Source: an uncultured Bdellovibrionales bacterium
GTDB lineage: Bacteria > Bdellovibrionota_G > JALEGL01 > JAGRMV01
Assembly (NCBI GenBank): GCA_964497185.1
Contig: CAZCBX010000001.1
Location: 231,519-295,518 of the forward strand
DNA: 64,000 bases
Direction of reading: 5' to 3'
Position 1 is the first letter of the stretch. Every line of letters starts with the position of its first letter. Position numbers and translations under genes: made by a program. Below, piece after piece: positions 42,260 to 52,217 of the stretch. The notes under the pieces are model-generated. The model was not told the origin of the DNA, ran no database searches, and saw only the letters and a list, made by a program, of their open reading frames with translations.

Positions 42260-42349
42260 GGAGGATTGGCAGAGTGGTTGAACGCGGCGGTCTTGAAAAC
42301 CGTTGTACCTTAACGGGTACCGGGGGTTCGAATCCCTCATCCTCCGCCA
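42260..42349 (+). tRNA. tRNA-Ser (anticodon UGA), class II with long variable arm, CCA encoded
   Basis: A hand-folded cloverleaf: 7-bp acceptor GGAGGAT/ATCCTCC, anticodon loop CTTGAAA, a 5-bp variable-arm stem, T-arm GGGGG-TTCGAAT-CCCTC, discriminator G and CCA. Confidence 0.9.
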
Positions 42350-42504
42350 TTTTCCTTTAGGCATAAGTTTCTCAGTTTTTCCGTTTCTTTCTTTTTATGC
42401 GCTGTTCCGTGTTGGGATTCGACCTGGATTTTCGCTCGCTTGCGCGACCAAAAACCAGGCATAAGCCGCGTGCTACTTCGCTTCGCTCTGAGCACGGCTA
42501 AAAC

Positions 42505-42650
42505 CAGAGGTTCGTCTGTTATTGGGTTTAGTGGTTCTTATGACGGTAGGAGTTAGAACCACTTATGTCATAATTTGGGCTTGAGCTTGCTCAAACAAAA
42601 TTTGACCTCCTTCGGCTCCATGGCTCATCCTCTTTTTTTTATTTGGGCGC
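42505..42650 (-). repeat. copy 1 of a ~110-nt structured repeat element (inverted relative to copy 2 at 63419-63536)
   Basis: The reverse complement of 42528-42640 aligns with 63421-63533 at roughly 85-90% identity. The shared blocks are gccatggagccgaagg, tgagcaagctca and tgacataagtggttcta...aagaaccactaa. Confidence 0.7.
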
Positions 42651-42676
42651 TTGCGCGGAATGGCTCATTTTTTTAT

Positions 42677-43402
42677 TTAGATTTGGTTCCATTTGCCGGT
42701 TTCGAAGGTGAGGGTAGGGGCGTTGTGGTTTTGGCCGACGGAGAAGGCGGTGATTTGGCTTAATTGGGTGAAGCCTAGGCCGGTTTCTTGTTTCCATTGG
42801 ATGAATTGGTTTTGGATTTTTTTTAGGTCGCGTTGGCTGGTGGGGTTTGGATGCACGTCCAAGCCGACCTCGTTGACCAGCACTTGCATCACGTCGCGTG
42901 AGAGCAAAAAGCTGTCTTTGCCCATCATTCTTAAGAGGTACATGCCGGTGTGTCCACCCAGGCGGCTGCCGTGCTTTTTTAAATATTGCAGCAAACCAAC
43001 TTGGTCGTTGTCATCCCATTGGGCGACAAATTTGCCGAATGAGCCATGCTGTTGGGAGGTGTTGTATATAAAAACGGCGTTGTCATAGACGGCTTCGATT
43101 TTTTGGCGATTGCGCACGATGCGCGCATCGAGAACATAATTTTCCCAGTGTTCGGGGGGCAGGCTTAACAGTTTGCCAATTTTAAAACCGTAAAAGGCTT
43201 TTTCAAAGTCGGGCCATTTGGCGTAAATGACTTTCCAGTGAAAACCTGCACGAAACAAGCATTTGGTCATTGCTGCCAACGCGCGGTCGTTGGCAAAGGC
43301 GGCGATGGCTTTGGAAGAAACAGGTCGATGCAGAATTTTTTTGAGTGTTTGCTGGCCGCCTTTGCGCTTGGCTGCGCGTGTATGGATGCGTTGAAACTTC
43401 AA
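42677..43402 (-). CDS. DNA-3-methyladenine glycosylase I (Tag)-like protein with N-terminal extension
   Basis: The pattern of IVRNRQKIEAVYDNA and LLQYLKKHG...GGHTGMYLLRMMG resembles Tag. The N-terminal 40 aa are basic. Confidence 0.5.
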   Translation of the reverse strand: MKFQRIHTRAAKRKGGQQTLKKILHRPVSSKAIAAFANDRALAAMTKCLFRAGFHWKVIYAKWPDFEKAFYGFKIGKLLSLPPEHWENYVLDARIVRNRQKIEAVYDNAVFIYNTSQQHGSFGKFVAQWDDNDQVGLLQYLKKHGSRLGGHTGMYLLRMMGKDSFLLSRDVMQVLVNEVGLDVHPNPTSQRDLKKIQNQFIQWKQETGLGFTQLSQITAFSVGQNHNAPTLTFETGKWNQI

Positions 43403-43411
43403 GGTTTACGT

Positions 43412-44305
43412 TTATTTGTCTGCGGGCATCTTTAGCGACAAAACGGCTTCGCGAATTTGTGTGGCCACGTCGTTGATGCCACCGGGGCTGTAGTTCATTA
43501 AAACAGAATTGGAGTTGGTGTGCTTGGCAAAGTCTTGGATGGCATCGTAATGTTGGGTGACCAGCAAAAGCGTCATCACTTCCGACTCGTCCACACCGGT
43601 TTCTTTGATGGTTTGGATGGATTCTTTGATGCCTCTTGCAATTTCGGTGCGTTGATTGGCCAAGCCCATCCCTTGCAATCGTTTGCTTTCGGCTTCGGCT
43701 TCGGCCACTTTCACCAGTTTGATTTTTTGCGCTTCAGCTTCATTGGCGGCTGCGGTTTTTTCCCGTTCGGTGGCATTGATTTTGTTCATGGCATTTTTTA
43801 CCGAGGCTTCGGGTTGAAGGTCGGTGACCAAGGAATTGATGATTTGATAGCCAAAATCTTCCATGGCATCGGCCAGACTTTCTTTGATGGACAAAGCCAG
43901 GGCGTCTTTGTTGGAAAATACGTCGTCGAGGCGCATTTTTGGAATTTCGGATCGAATGGTGTCAAACACGTAGGCTTCGATTTGCATTTCTGGATCTTCT
44001 AGGGCGTAGAATGATTCTGCGACTTTGTTTTCTTTAACGCGGTACTGGACAGAGACGCGGGTGCCGACAAAAACATTGTCGAGGGTTTTGGTTTCAACTT
44101 CCACATCCAGCTGTTGAATGCGCAAATTTTGCCGGCGAACTTTGGCGTCGATGAAAGGAATTTTCATTCTTAAACCGGGCCGACGCACCGAATGGTATTT
44201 ACCAAGGCGTTCAATGATGACCGCCGTTTTTTGTCGAACAATAAAGAACGTGTTGAAAAATAAAACAATGGCAATGACAATGATAAATGGGGTCCAAATG
44301 CTCAT
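43412..44305 (-). CDS. SPFH / band-7 (stomatin-like) membrane protein
   Basis: An N-terminal TM helix, then the IIERLGKY...RPGL start of an SPFH domain, followed by a coiled-coil. The start is ATG 44305, with GGAG upstream. Confidence 0.8.
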   Translation of the reverse strand: MSIWTPFIIVIAIVLFFNTFFIVRQKTAVIIERLGKYHSVRRPGLRMKIPFIDAKVRRQNLRIQQLDVEVETKTLDNVFVGTRVSVQYRVKENKVAESFYALEDPEMQIEAYVFDTIRSEIPKMRLDDVFSNKDALALSIKESLADAMEDFGYQIINSLVTDLQPEASVKNAMNKINATEREKTAAANEAEAQKIKLVKVAEAEAESKRLQGMGLANQRTEIARGIKESIQTIKETGVDESEVMTLLLVTQHYDAIQDFAKHTNSNSVLMNYSPGGINDVATQIREAVLSLKMPADK

Positions 44306-44378
44306 GTTTGCGCTCCGAAGGCTGAAGGTTTTTGGTGAGTGTGCGGATAGATTATGAAAAACAAAAGTGCTTGGCAAG

Positions 44379-44735
44379 CTATTTTAAAAGCTCATCCAAC
44401 CAGGGGTAGGCTTCATAACCTGTGTGCGTTTTGTTGGTTTGGGCATGTTGTTTTTGCAGGTGTGCTTGATAAATTTCTTTGGCGGAAAGCTGTATGCCGG
44501 TATTTTTCACCTTTAAAGGGCGTTTACGTTTGGGTGGGCGTCGGAGGTTGGGGTGGTCGCCAATGAGTTCGGGATGTTCTCGCTGCATGTAACGACGGAA
44601 TAACATTTGGTATTCTAACTGCGTGAGGGGCCGTTTTTTTTTCTTATTTCTCGCACGGATTACATTGAGAAAGCCAAGCAAGGCCCATGTCCAACGAAGG
44701 GTTTTCATATTAAGTTTTCTGATACCACCGCTCAA
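44379..44735 (-). CDS. small basic hypothetical protein
   Basis: K/R-rich with no recognised motif. It overlaps the dapA-like gene's 3' end by 26 nt. Confidence 0.3.
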   Translation of the reverse strand: MSGGIRKLNMKTLRWTWALLGFLNVIRARNKKKKRPLTQLEYQMLFRRYMQREHPELIGDHPNLRRPPKRKRPLKVKNTGIQLSAKEIYQAHLQKQHAQTNKTHTGYEAYPWLDELLK

Positions 44736-45591
44736 CGGCCTGATGAGCTTGGGTCAGTGCGGTGGGTTGTTTTAAATCTTTTTCGGAGAGGGGAGGCAAG
44801 ACCAGGCCTTTGGCAATCCAGCCGATTTCCATGAGCAAATGCTTTACAGGAACTGGATTGCTTGCGGTAAACAAGGCTTGACTGGCTTCTGCCCAAGGGT
44901 GTTGCGGTTGCAGCGTTTGAGAGAGGCACATTTGAGCATAGCGGTGTGTAGCTTCGGGCCACACATTGCTGGCCACCGACACCAGCCCATGGGCGCCCGC
45001 TTTGGCGAAATCGGGCATCATGCCATCATCTCCACAGTATACGGGGTGATGGGGTAAGATGGTTTTGTAAGCGCGAAATTCTTTGAGGTCGCCACTGGAT
45101 TCTTTCAAACCCATAAAACGTGGATGGGTGCGAAGTTCAAGCAGCGCATCACGGTGTAAAACGCATGCCGTTCGACTGGGAACATTGTACAACATGCAGG
45201 GTTTTTGGGCGCGGTCCATCAATGCCTTAAACCACTGAATTTGTCCCTGTACACCCGGTTTTGCGTAGGGGGGCGTGACCAATAGATAGGCATCGATGGC
45301 ATATTGATTCAGCGTATCGATCCAGCCAATGGTTTGGGATAGATCGCTTCCGCCTACACCCACCATCCATGGGGTGTGCAGTTTGGTTTGAGCCACCCAA
45401 TCTAAAAGCAGTTGCTTCATCGGCATGGGCATGTTCAAGGCTTCGCCGGTGCTGCCTAAAAGCAAAATGCCATTTTTGGCGTCTTCTTGTTTTTGGATGA
45501 TTGTTTTTAGTCCCTGCCAGTCAATTTTATGATGATCAAGCAGCGGTGTAACAAGCGCGGTCCATAAAGTGGGCCAAGTTTGATGGGTCAT
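44710..45591 (-). CDS. dihydrodipicolinate synthase family protein (DapA-like 4-hydroxy-tetrahydrodipicolinate synthase)
   Basis: TALVTPL, GSTGE and YNVPSRT motifs. The start is ATG 45591. Confidence 0.75.
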   Translation of the reverse strand: MTHQTWPTLWTALVTPLLDHHKIDWQGLKTIIQKQEDAKNGILLLGSTGEALNMPMPMKQLLLDWVAQTKLHTPWMVGVGGSDLSQTIGWIDTLNQYAIDAYLLVTPPYAKPGVQGQIQWFKALMDRAQKPCMLYNVPSRTACVLHRDALLELRTHPRFMGLKESSGDLKEFRAYKTILPHHPVYCGDDGMMPDFAKAGAHGLVSVASNVWPEATHRYAQMCLSQTLQPQHPWAEASQALFTASNPVPVKHLLMEIGWIAKGLVLPPLSEKDLKQPTALTQAHQAVERWYQKT

Positions 45592-45652
45592 AAAACATTT
45601 GTACCAGTGTCCATGGCAGGGTACAAGAAACGTGGATGAAAAAGGAGCCAGT

Positions 45653-46492
45653 ATGAACAATGTGATCACCGTTGATTTTCGAGCGCCCGACGCGCCCAAA
45701 CTGTTTCAAAAATCCATCAAAGAAACCGGTTTTGGTGTGATCACCCATCACCCCATTGCGCCGTCCTTGATGCAAAACGTGTACGATGAGTGGGCAGCCT
45801 TTTTTTCCAGTCCGAACAAATTTGAGCACACGTTTGACCCTTCTGTACAAGCGGGTTATTTCCCCGTGCAAAGCGAAAATGCCAAAGATCAAACGGTCAA
45901 AGATTTAAAAGAGTTTTATCACTATTACCCATGGCATAACAATCCTGCATCGGTGTCGGTGTGGACGCCCAAACTTCATCGTCAAATGCTTGAAGTCGCC
46001 ACGACACTCTTGAACTGGATCGAACAAGAAACGCCCCCTGAGGTCTCAGCGCGGTTTACCGAAAAATTATCCCATATGATTGTGGACAGCCCCAAGACAC
46101 TGTTTCGTGCAATTCATTACCCGCCATTGAATAAAGATGATCCAAAAGGTTCGGTTCGTGCAGCCGCCCATGAAGACATCAATCTACTTACGCTGCTACC
46201 AGCAGCCACGCAGCCTGGCTTGGAAGTTCAAGATGTGCATGGCCATTGGCACAAAATTGATTGTGACCCAGGAACATTGGTGGTCAATTCTGCCGACATG
46301 TTGCATGAGGCCAGCGGCGGTTATTACCCCTCGACCACCCACCGCGTGGTCAACCCAACCCAAGCTGAACAAAACACCTCGCGTTATTCTGTGCCACTGT
46401 TTTTGCATGCACGATCTGAGGTGCGCTTGTCTGAGCGTTATACAGCAGGTCAATATCTTGACCAACGTTTGGCAGAGCTGGGATTAAAATAA
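45653..46492 (+). CDS. 2-oxoglutarate/Fe(II)-dependent oxygenase (isopenicillin-N-synthase-like)
   Basis: A HxD...H facial triad context (AHEDINLLTLL, TTHRV). AAAGGAG RBS 6 nt upstream of ATG 45653. Confidence 0.7.
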   Translation: MNNVITVDFRAPDAPKLFQKSIKETGFGVITHHPIAPSLMQNVYDEWAAFFSSPNKFEHTFDPSVQAGYFPVQSENAKDQTVKDLKEFYHYYPWHNNPASVSVWTPKLHRQMLEVATTLLNWIEQETPPEVSARFTEKLSHMIVDSPKTLFRAIHYPPLNKDDPKGSVRAAAHEDINLLTLLPAATQPGLEVQDVHGHWHKIDCDPGTLVVNSADMLHEASGGYYPSTTHRVVNPTQAEQNTSRYSVPLFLHARSEVRLSERYTAGQYLDQRLAELGLK

Positions 46493-46505
46493 AAGCCGAA
46501 GCTGA

Positions 46506-46790
46506 TTACTTGCTCGGAGCCGTTTCGGCAAGCGAGACGTCAAAACCAATGTAGGCGATGGTTTCTTTGATGGCATCGGGTGCAACATCGGTTTGATGGG
46601 TGTCCACCACAACTTTGTTTTTGTCTACATGGGTTTGTACGGTGACGCTTTCGCCGTATTTTTTACTGAGTGCTTGCTGGATGGAATCAGAACAGTTTTT
46701 GCATTTCATGGGTACATCAAACGTGTATACCTCGGCGTGTGCCTGCAGGCTAAAAAGGGTAAGCACCATGGCGACCAACATTGTTTTCAT
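46506..46790 (-). CDS. periplasmic heavy-metal-associated (HMA) domain protein
   Basis: A signal peptide and an MKCKNC (MxCxxC) metal-binding motif. AGGAGAG RBS. Confidence 0.6.
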   Translation of the reverse strand: MKTMLVAMVLTLFSLQAHAEVYTFDVPMKCKNCSDSIQQALSKKYGESVTVQTHVDKNKVVVDTHQTDVAPDAIKETIAYIGFDVSLAETAPSK

Positions 46791-46953
46791 AACAGCAACT
46801 CTCCTACATTTTTTAGTGTTCAATCAATATTGCTTTTTTTAGTCTTTATCAGCAAATGGTGTGGATGGCCATGGTTATGGCCGGCGCTGCAAGGTTAAAA
46901 CCTTATTTTGAAGGTTTTCAGCTGCTTGAATATACGGTATACGTGCTTTTGCG

Positions 46954-49900
46954 ATGAAATTTACCAAGCCAGCCAGTTCGATCTCCTTTCCAGCCATGGA
47001 AGAAAAACTCGTGGCTTCTTGGAAGAAAAACCGCATTTTTGAGCGCAGCGTCGAAGAAAAATCAGAAGATCAAAAATGGGCCTTTTACGATGGCCCTCCT
47101 TTTGCCACGGGCAAACCGCATCATGGCCATTTGTTGGCTGGCACCATCAAAGATGTTGTGCCTCGTTATTGGGCCATGCAGGGTAAAAAAATTGAGCGGC
47201 GTTTTGGCTGGGATTGCCATGGCCTGCCCATTGAATTTGAAACTGAAAAACGCTTAAACCTAAACGGACGCACCGACATTGAAGCATACGGCATCGATCG
47301 TTTTAATGAACAATGCCGATCGATTGTTTTGCGCTTTACCCAGGATTGGCAAAAAACCGTTGAGCGAATGGGTCGCTGGATTGATTTTGAAAATGACTAC
47401 AAAACCATGGATTTGTCCTTTATGGAATCGGTTTGGGCCGTGTTTCAAAAACTGTGGGACCAAGAACTGATTTATGAAGATAAAAAAGTTTTGCCGTACT
47501 CCACCGCGTTAACCACCCCACTTTCTAATTTTGAAGCCAATTTAAATTATCAAGATGTACAAGACCCAGCGGTCACGGTTCGCCTTCGTTTGGTGGATCA
47601 ACCCAATACAAGCTTGCTGATTTGGACCACCACCCCATGGACCCTGCCTGCTAACTTTGCGGCGGCGGTACATCCCGAGCATGCTTATGTAAAAGTGCAG
47701 CTCGAAGGACAAGAAGAGTACTACATTGTCAGCGAAGCTTTGGCCGCCAGTGTATTTGGCGAGCAGTCTTTTACCGTGGTGGAAACCTATCAAGGTCAAC
47801 AGATGGAAGGCTGGGCCTATGAGCCGATGTTGACCGCGTTTGAGGGTAAAATTCCGCCTCAAGCGCACAAGGTGTATACGGCCGATTATGTCACCCAAGA
47901 CTCAGGTACAGGTATTGTTCATTTGGCTTCCTACGGGGAAGAAGATTACGCCGTATTCAAACGGGTTGGCTTGGAACCCATGGAGCATTTGGATGCACAA
48001 GGCATCGTCAATGAAGAGTTTCCACTGGCGCAAGGTCAGTATTTTAAAGATGCAAACAAAACGGTGATTCAAGAGCTTAAGCGCAAAGATTTGCTTTTTG
48101 ATCATCAAACCATTCAGCATAGCTATCCATTTTGTTACCGCTCCGACACCCCTTTGATTTATAAACCAGTGTCCACCTGGTTTGTGCGCGTAACCGCCAT
48201 CAAAGAAAAATTATTGGCCAACAATGCGCAAACCCATTGGGTGCCCAACCACTTGCGTGACGGACGTTTTGGAAACTGGCTGGAGGGTGCCAGAGACTGG
48301 GCCATTTCGCGAAACCGCTTTTGGGGCAACCCCATTCCCATTTGGCGCAACGAAGATACGGGCGAAACCCTTTGTGTGGGTAGCAAAGCCGAATTGGAAA
48401 AATTATCGGGGCAAACAGTGGACGATCTTCACAAACATTTTATTGATCCCATCACCATTACCTCACCCAAAACGGGTGCGACTTTAACGCGCGTGCCGCA
48501 AATTTTAGACTGTTGGTTTGAGTCGGGCTCTATGCCTTATGCGCAGCAACACTATCCTTTTTCCACCGATGAAAAAGCTTTTCAAGAATGTTTTCCTGCG
48601 GAGTTTATCGCCGAAGGTTTGGACCAAACCCGCGGCTGGTTTTATACTCTTATGGTCTTGTCCACCGCCTTGGACAAAGGGCCGGCCTTTAAAAATGTTG
48701 TGGTCAACGGCATTGTGCTGGCTGAAGATGGTCGAAAAATGTCCAAACGGTTAAAAAACTATCCCGACCCCATGGATGTGCTGGATCAATATGGCGCGGA
48801 TACGCTGCGCATTTATTTATTGCAAAGTGGCGGCGTGCATGGCGAGGATGTTCGGTTTAGCGAAAAAGGTCTGCAGGATATGACACGCAAAGTGTTGTTG
48901 CCGTTGTACAACGCCTATTCTTTTTTGGCGACCTATGCGCAAGTGGATCAATGGGATCCAGCCACCGATTACACCGATCAACGCAATCATCAGCTGGATC
49001 AATGGATTGATATTCAACTGAGCGCGGTGGTCCACCATGTCAATACGCACATGCAACAATACGAGCTGGCCAAAGTGATACCGGGCTTGCTGGATTTTAT
49101 TGACGACTTAACCAACTGGTACATTCGCCGCTCTCGTCGCCGCTTTTGGAAAAGCACAAGCGATCAAGACAAGCTTGAAGCTTTTTCTACCTTGTACCGC
49201 GTGTTGGTGGAGTTTACCAAGCTGGCTGCACCGTTTATTCCGTTTATTACGGAACATATTTACCAAGCATTGCGTTTGGGTCATCCCTTGGCTGAAAAAG
49301 ATTCAGTGCATCTGGATGTTTATCCAAGCCAGAAACCATTAACGCAAGACCAAGAAAAAATGGCTCAGGGCATGCAAACCATCCGACAGGTGGTGGGACT
49401 GGGTAGAGAACTAAGAGAGCAGTTGGGCATTAAAAACCGACAACCTCTGGCCACATTGTATGTGGGCGTGGTTCAGTCTGATGACAAAAACATTTTGGCG
49501 TCCATGGTCGACATGGTGCAAGAAGAGCTCAACGTCAAAAAAGTAGAATTTGTTCCGTCCAACACCATGGCCCGGTGGGAGGTCAAACCCAATTTTAAAC
49601 AAGTAGGAAAAAAACTGGGCAGCCGCATGAAAGAGTTTCAAAAAAGCCTTCAAAGTTGGAATGCCGATCAAATTGAAGCCGTGCTGCAAGGGCAAGGTTT
49701 TGAGTGGGAAGGCATCGACATGCAAGCCAGCGATGTGGGTATTTCTGTGCAAGCGATGGACGACTTTCAGCACCCTTGTCACAGTCAGGGCGGTTTGGTC
49801 ATTGCGCTGGATGACCATTTAACCGATGCGTTGAAACAAGAAGGTTTGGTTCGTGAATTGATCAACCGCGTGCAACGCTTGCGTAAAGATAGCAACATGG

Positions 49901-50097
49901 AGGTTGAAAACCGAATTGACCTGTCTTTGGATGGGTCTAAACCTTTGTTGGAAGCAGCGCAAATGCACCAACCTTTGATCGAAAAAGAAACTTTGTCGCA
50001 ACTCCGATATGAAATGCCCAAAGAGCAAATGCATCAAATCGAAGAAGTCATTGATGGGCACACCATTACGTTGGGCATTGCCAAAACCGCCTCATGA
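46954..50097 (+). CDS. ileS: isoleucyl-tRNA synthetase, type 2 (eukaryote-like)
   Basis: PPFATGKPHHGHLL (HIGH), KMSKRL (KMSKS) and WTTTPWTLPAN. It lacks the C-terminal zinc-finger of type 1 and has the type-2 C-terminal extension. An alternative start is at 46996. Confidence 0.9.
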   Translation: MKFTKPASSISFPAMEEKLVASWKKNRIFERSVEEKSEDQKWAFYDGPPFATGKPHHGHLLAGTIKDVVPRYWAMQGKKIERRFGWDCHGLPIEFETEKRLNLNGRTDIEAYGIDRFNEQCRSIVLRFTQDWQKTVERMGRWIDFENDYKTMDLSFMESVWAVFQKLWDQELIYEDKKVLPYSTALTTPLSNFEANLNYQDVQDPAVTVRLRLVDQPNTSLLIWTTTPWTLPANFAAAVHPEHAYVKVQLEGQEEYYIVSEALAASVFGEQSFTVVETYQGQQMEGWAYEPMLTAFEGKIPPQAHKVYTADYVTQDSGTGIVHLASYGEEDYAVFKRVGLEPMEHLDAQGIVNEEFPLAQGQYFKDANKTVIQELKRKDLLFDHQTIQHSYPFCYRSDTPLIYKPVSTWFVRVTAIKEKLLANNAQTHWVPNHLRDGRFGNWLEGARDWAISRNRFWGNPIPIWRNEDTGETLCVGSKAELEKLSGQTVDDLHKHFIDPITITSPKTGATLTRVPQILDCWFESGSMPYAQQHYPFSTDEKAFQECFPAEFIAEGLDQTRGWFYTLMVLSTALDKGPAFKNVVVNGIVLAEDGRKMSKRLKNYPDPMDVLDQYGADTLRIYLLQSGGVHGEDVRFSEKGLQDMTRKVLLPLYNAYSFLATYAQVDQWDPATDYTDQRNHQLDQWIDIQLSAVVHHVNTHMQQYELAKVIPGLLDFIDDLTNWYIRRSRRRFWKSTSDQDKLEAFSTLYRVLVEFTKLAAPFIPFITEHIYQALRLGHPLAEKDSVHLDVYPSQKPLTQDQEKMAQGMQTIRQVVGLGRELREQLGIKNRQPLATLYVGVVQSDDKNILASMVDMVQEELNVKKVEFVPSNTMARWEVKPNFKQVGKKLGSRMKEFQKSLQSWNADQIEAVLQGQGFEWEGIDMQASDVGISVQAMDDFQHPCHSQGGLVIALDDHLTDALKQEGLVRELINRVQRLRKDSNMEVENRIDLSLDGSKPLLEAAQMHQPLIEKETLSQLRYEMPKEQMHQIEEVIDGHTITLGIAKTAS

Positions 50098-51029
50098 ACA
50101 TCGTTTTTGTTGATCGCGAAACCATGGGCGCATCGGCTGACCCTATGGGACTTGCCGAGTTAGGTGCCTATAAAGAATATCCGCAAACAAACAAAAATCA
50201 AATGGTGGCGCGCTGCAAACAAGCGCACGTCATTGTCACGACGCGAACGCCTGTGGATCGAGCCATCATGGATCAATGCCCGAATCTTCAACTCATTGTT
50301 GCATGTGCGGTGGGCGTCAACCATATTGATGTTCCATACTGTCAAGAAAAAGGAATTTTGGTTAAAAATTGTCCTTCCTATTCCACCCAAACTGTGGCTC
50401 AGCACACCGTGGCCATGGTGTTGCAGCTTGCCAGAAACAGCAAAGCATATGATCAATGGATCAGGGAAGACCGGTGGCGCAATGATTTGTATGTGGCCCA
50501 TGCGCCCATGCCGATTGAAGACATTCATCAACATACCTGGGGTATCATTGGGTTGGGCAATATTGGTAAAAAAGTTGCGCAACTGGCCACCGGTTTTGGT
50601 TGCAAGGTTGTGTATTATTCCACCACCGGCAAAAACCATCACGCTGAATATCCTCAGGTGGACTTGCAGACGTTAATTCAAAGCAGCCAAATTGTTTCTT
50701 TGCACTGTCCATTAACCCCGCAAACTAGGCATTTGCTCAATCACCAAACGTTGCAGTGGTTGCAGCCTCAAAGCATTTTAATCAATGTCGCGCGGGGTGA
50801 TGTACTGGATGAAGAGGCATTGGTGCAGGCGTATCATCAAAAACAACTTCGACTGGGGTTGGATGTGGTGTCCAGCGAACCCTTGAGCCCCCAAAGCCCC
50901 TTGTATGCGCTTCGACACAATTCAGATGTCATCATTACACCTCACGTGGCGTGGACATCCAAGCAAGCAAGAGACTTGCTGACGCAAATGGTGCGCCAGC
51001 ACATACAACGCTTACAAGCTGCAGCGTAG
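50094..51029 (+). CDS. D-isomer-specific 2-hydroxyacid dehydrogenase family protein (glycerate/phosphoglycerate dehydrogenase-like)
   Basis: NAD-binding GIIGLGNIGKKVA motif and a catalytic His/Glu/Arg context (ARGDV, HVAW). ATGA overlap with the ileS stop. Confidence 0.75.
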   Translation: MNIVFVDRETMGASADPMGLAELGAYKEYPQTNKNQMVARCKQAHVIVTTRTPVDRAIMDQCPNLQLIVACAVGVNHIDVPYCQEKGILVKNCPSYSTQTVAQHTVAMVLQLARNSKAYDQWIREDRWRNDLYVAHAPMPIEDIHQHTWGIIGLGNIGKKVAQLATGFGCKVVYYSTTGKNHHAEYPQVDLQTLIQSSQIVSLHCPLTPQTRHLLNHQTLQWLQPQSILINVARGDVLDEEALVQAYHQKQLRLGLDVVSSEPLSPQSPLYALRHNSDVIITPHVAWTSKQARDLLTQMVRQHIQRLQAAA

Positions 51030-51106
51030 CTGCAATAAAAAAAGCTCTTTGTTTGGTAAGGAGCTTTTTAAAAGTATTCACGCTTGTACCAGCGTGTGCA
51101 TTAAAG

Positions 51107-51430
51107 TTATTTGATCAGCAAATCGCCTTTGTCTTTCTTTTCTGCGTATTCGTCTGCTTCTGGAAGCGGATCTTTTTTCTCGGTGATCAACGGCCATTTG
51201 GCAGCCAATTCAGCATTGAGTGCTGTATAAGAAGACCACTCATCGGGTACTTCCTCTTCAGGAAAAATCGCTTGGGTTGGGCACACTGGATCACAGGCGC
51301 CACAATCGATGCATTCGTCTGGATCGATGGCAAGCATGTTTTCACCCTCATGAAAACATTCGACGGGGCAAACTTCTACACAATCGGTGTATTTGCATTT
51401 AATACAAGGTTCGGTGACAACATAGGCCAT
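51107..51430 (-). CDS. fdxA: 7Fe ferredoxin (FdxA-type, [3Fe-4S][4Fe-4S])
   Basis: [23 protein letters not shown]...[12 protein letters not shown] followed by an acidic tail. Confidence 0.8.
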   Translation of the reverse strand: MAYVVTEPCIKCKYTDCVEVCPVECFHEGENMLAIDPDECIDCGACDPVCPTQAIFPEEEVPDEWSSYTALNAELAAKWPLITEKKDPLPEADEYAEKKDKGDLLIK

Positions 51431-51621
51431 GAATGGGTACTCCTTTAACAATCATTATTCTGACATGCCTGTTTGGTTGTATATATGTTTAAGACTCTTA
51501 ACCAAACAGTCTAAATCCTCAATCAAAACGGTTATATATGAACTTAACGCTGCGTGCAAGTGTGGCTTTCGAAAATTTCTTTTTCATGGCTTCCAAGCCA
51601 TGGCGATGGTAGGTGTGAAGC

Positions 51622-52086
51622 ATGAAAAGTCTTCAACAGCAATATGGTCCCAACGGGCATTGTTTTGGATGTGGTCCGAAAAACGACAAAGGGCTTCAGA
51701 TTGAGAGTTATGCGCAGGAGGACGGCAGCATTCAAGCAACTTTTTCTCCTCAGCCTCACCACGAAGCCTTTGATGGCGTGGTCAATGGTGGCATTGTGGG
51801 TGCGTTGATGGATTGCCACAGCAATTGGACCGCTGCCTATGGTTTAATGCAAGCACAAAAGCTTGAAGAGCTGCCATGGACGGTCACTGCTGAATTTCAT
51901 GTAAAGCTGTTGGCGCCAACACCATCGGATCAAACGCTTACACTCAAAGCATGGGTGACCGACATTCAAAAGCGAAAAGTATGGGTTCGCTGCGAGCTTT
52001 GGGCCCATGAATCCAAAGTTGCTACATGTGATGGCTTGTTTATGGCCGTGCGAGAGGATCATCCCGCGTACCGTCGCTGGCAGTAA
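51622..52086 (+). CDS. hotdog-fold thioesterase (PaaI/YbgC-like)
   Basis: An HGG-like context (VNGGIVGALMD) and a length/fold pattern typical of PaaI-family thioesterases. Confidence 0.55.
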   Translation: MKSLQQQYGPNGHCFGCGPKNDKGLQIESYAQEDGSIQATFSPQPHHEAFDGVVNGGIVGALMDCHSNWTAAYGLMQAQKLEELPWTVTAEFHVKLLAPTPSDQTLTLKAWVTDIQKRKVWVRCELWAHESKVATCDGLFMAVREDHPAYRRWQ

Positions 52087-52217
52087 CTTTTTTCAAGAAT
52101 TGCCCATAATCATTGCATATTGTTCATCAATGTGTTTAGAAATCAAAAGAAGCAATGGTTTGTATCACGAATTGTTCCATAGGATTTGCGTGATGCCGAT
52201 AAGAAGGGGGCGCTTTT

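Noticed and set aside
41950-42364. Two minus-strand ORFs (78 and 113 aa) across the tRNA-Ser region
   Set aside because: They overlap the tRNA and its duplicated 5' fragment and have no motifs. They are spurious.
42395-42470. tmRNA (ssrA) 5' end: GGGATTCGACCTGGATTTTCGC resembles the E. coli tmRNA segment GGATTCGACGGGATTTGCG
   Set aside because: No GGGG acceptor 5' strand precedes it (the corresponding positions read TGTTCCG). No PK1, plausible tag ORF ending in a tmRNA-type C-terminus, T-arm or CCA follows before the Tag-like gene begins at 42677. At most it is a ~20-nt coincidence or an ssrA remnant. An Infernal search with RF00023 would settle it.
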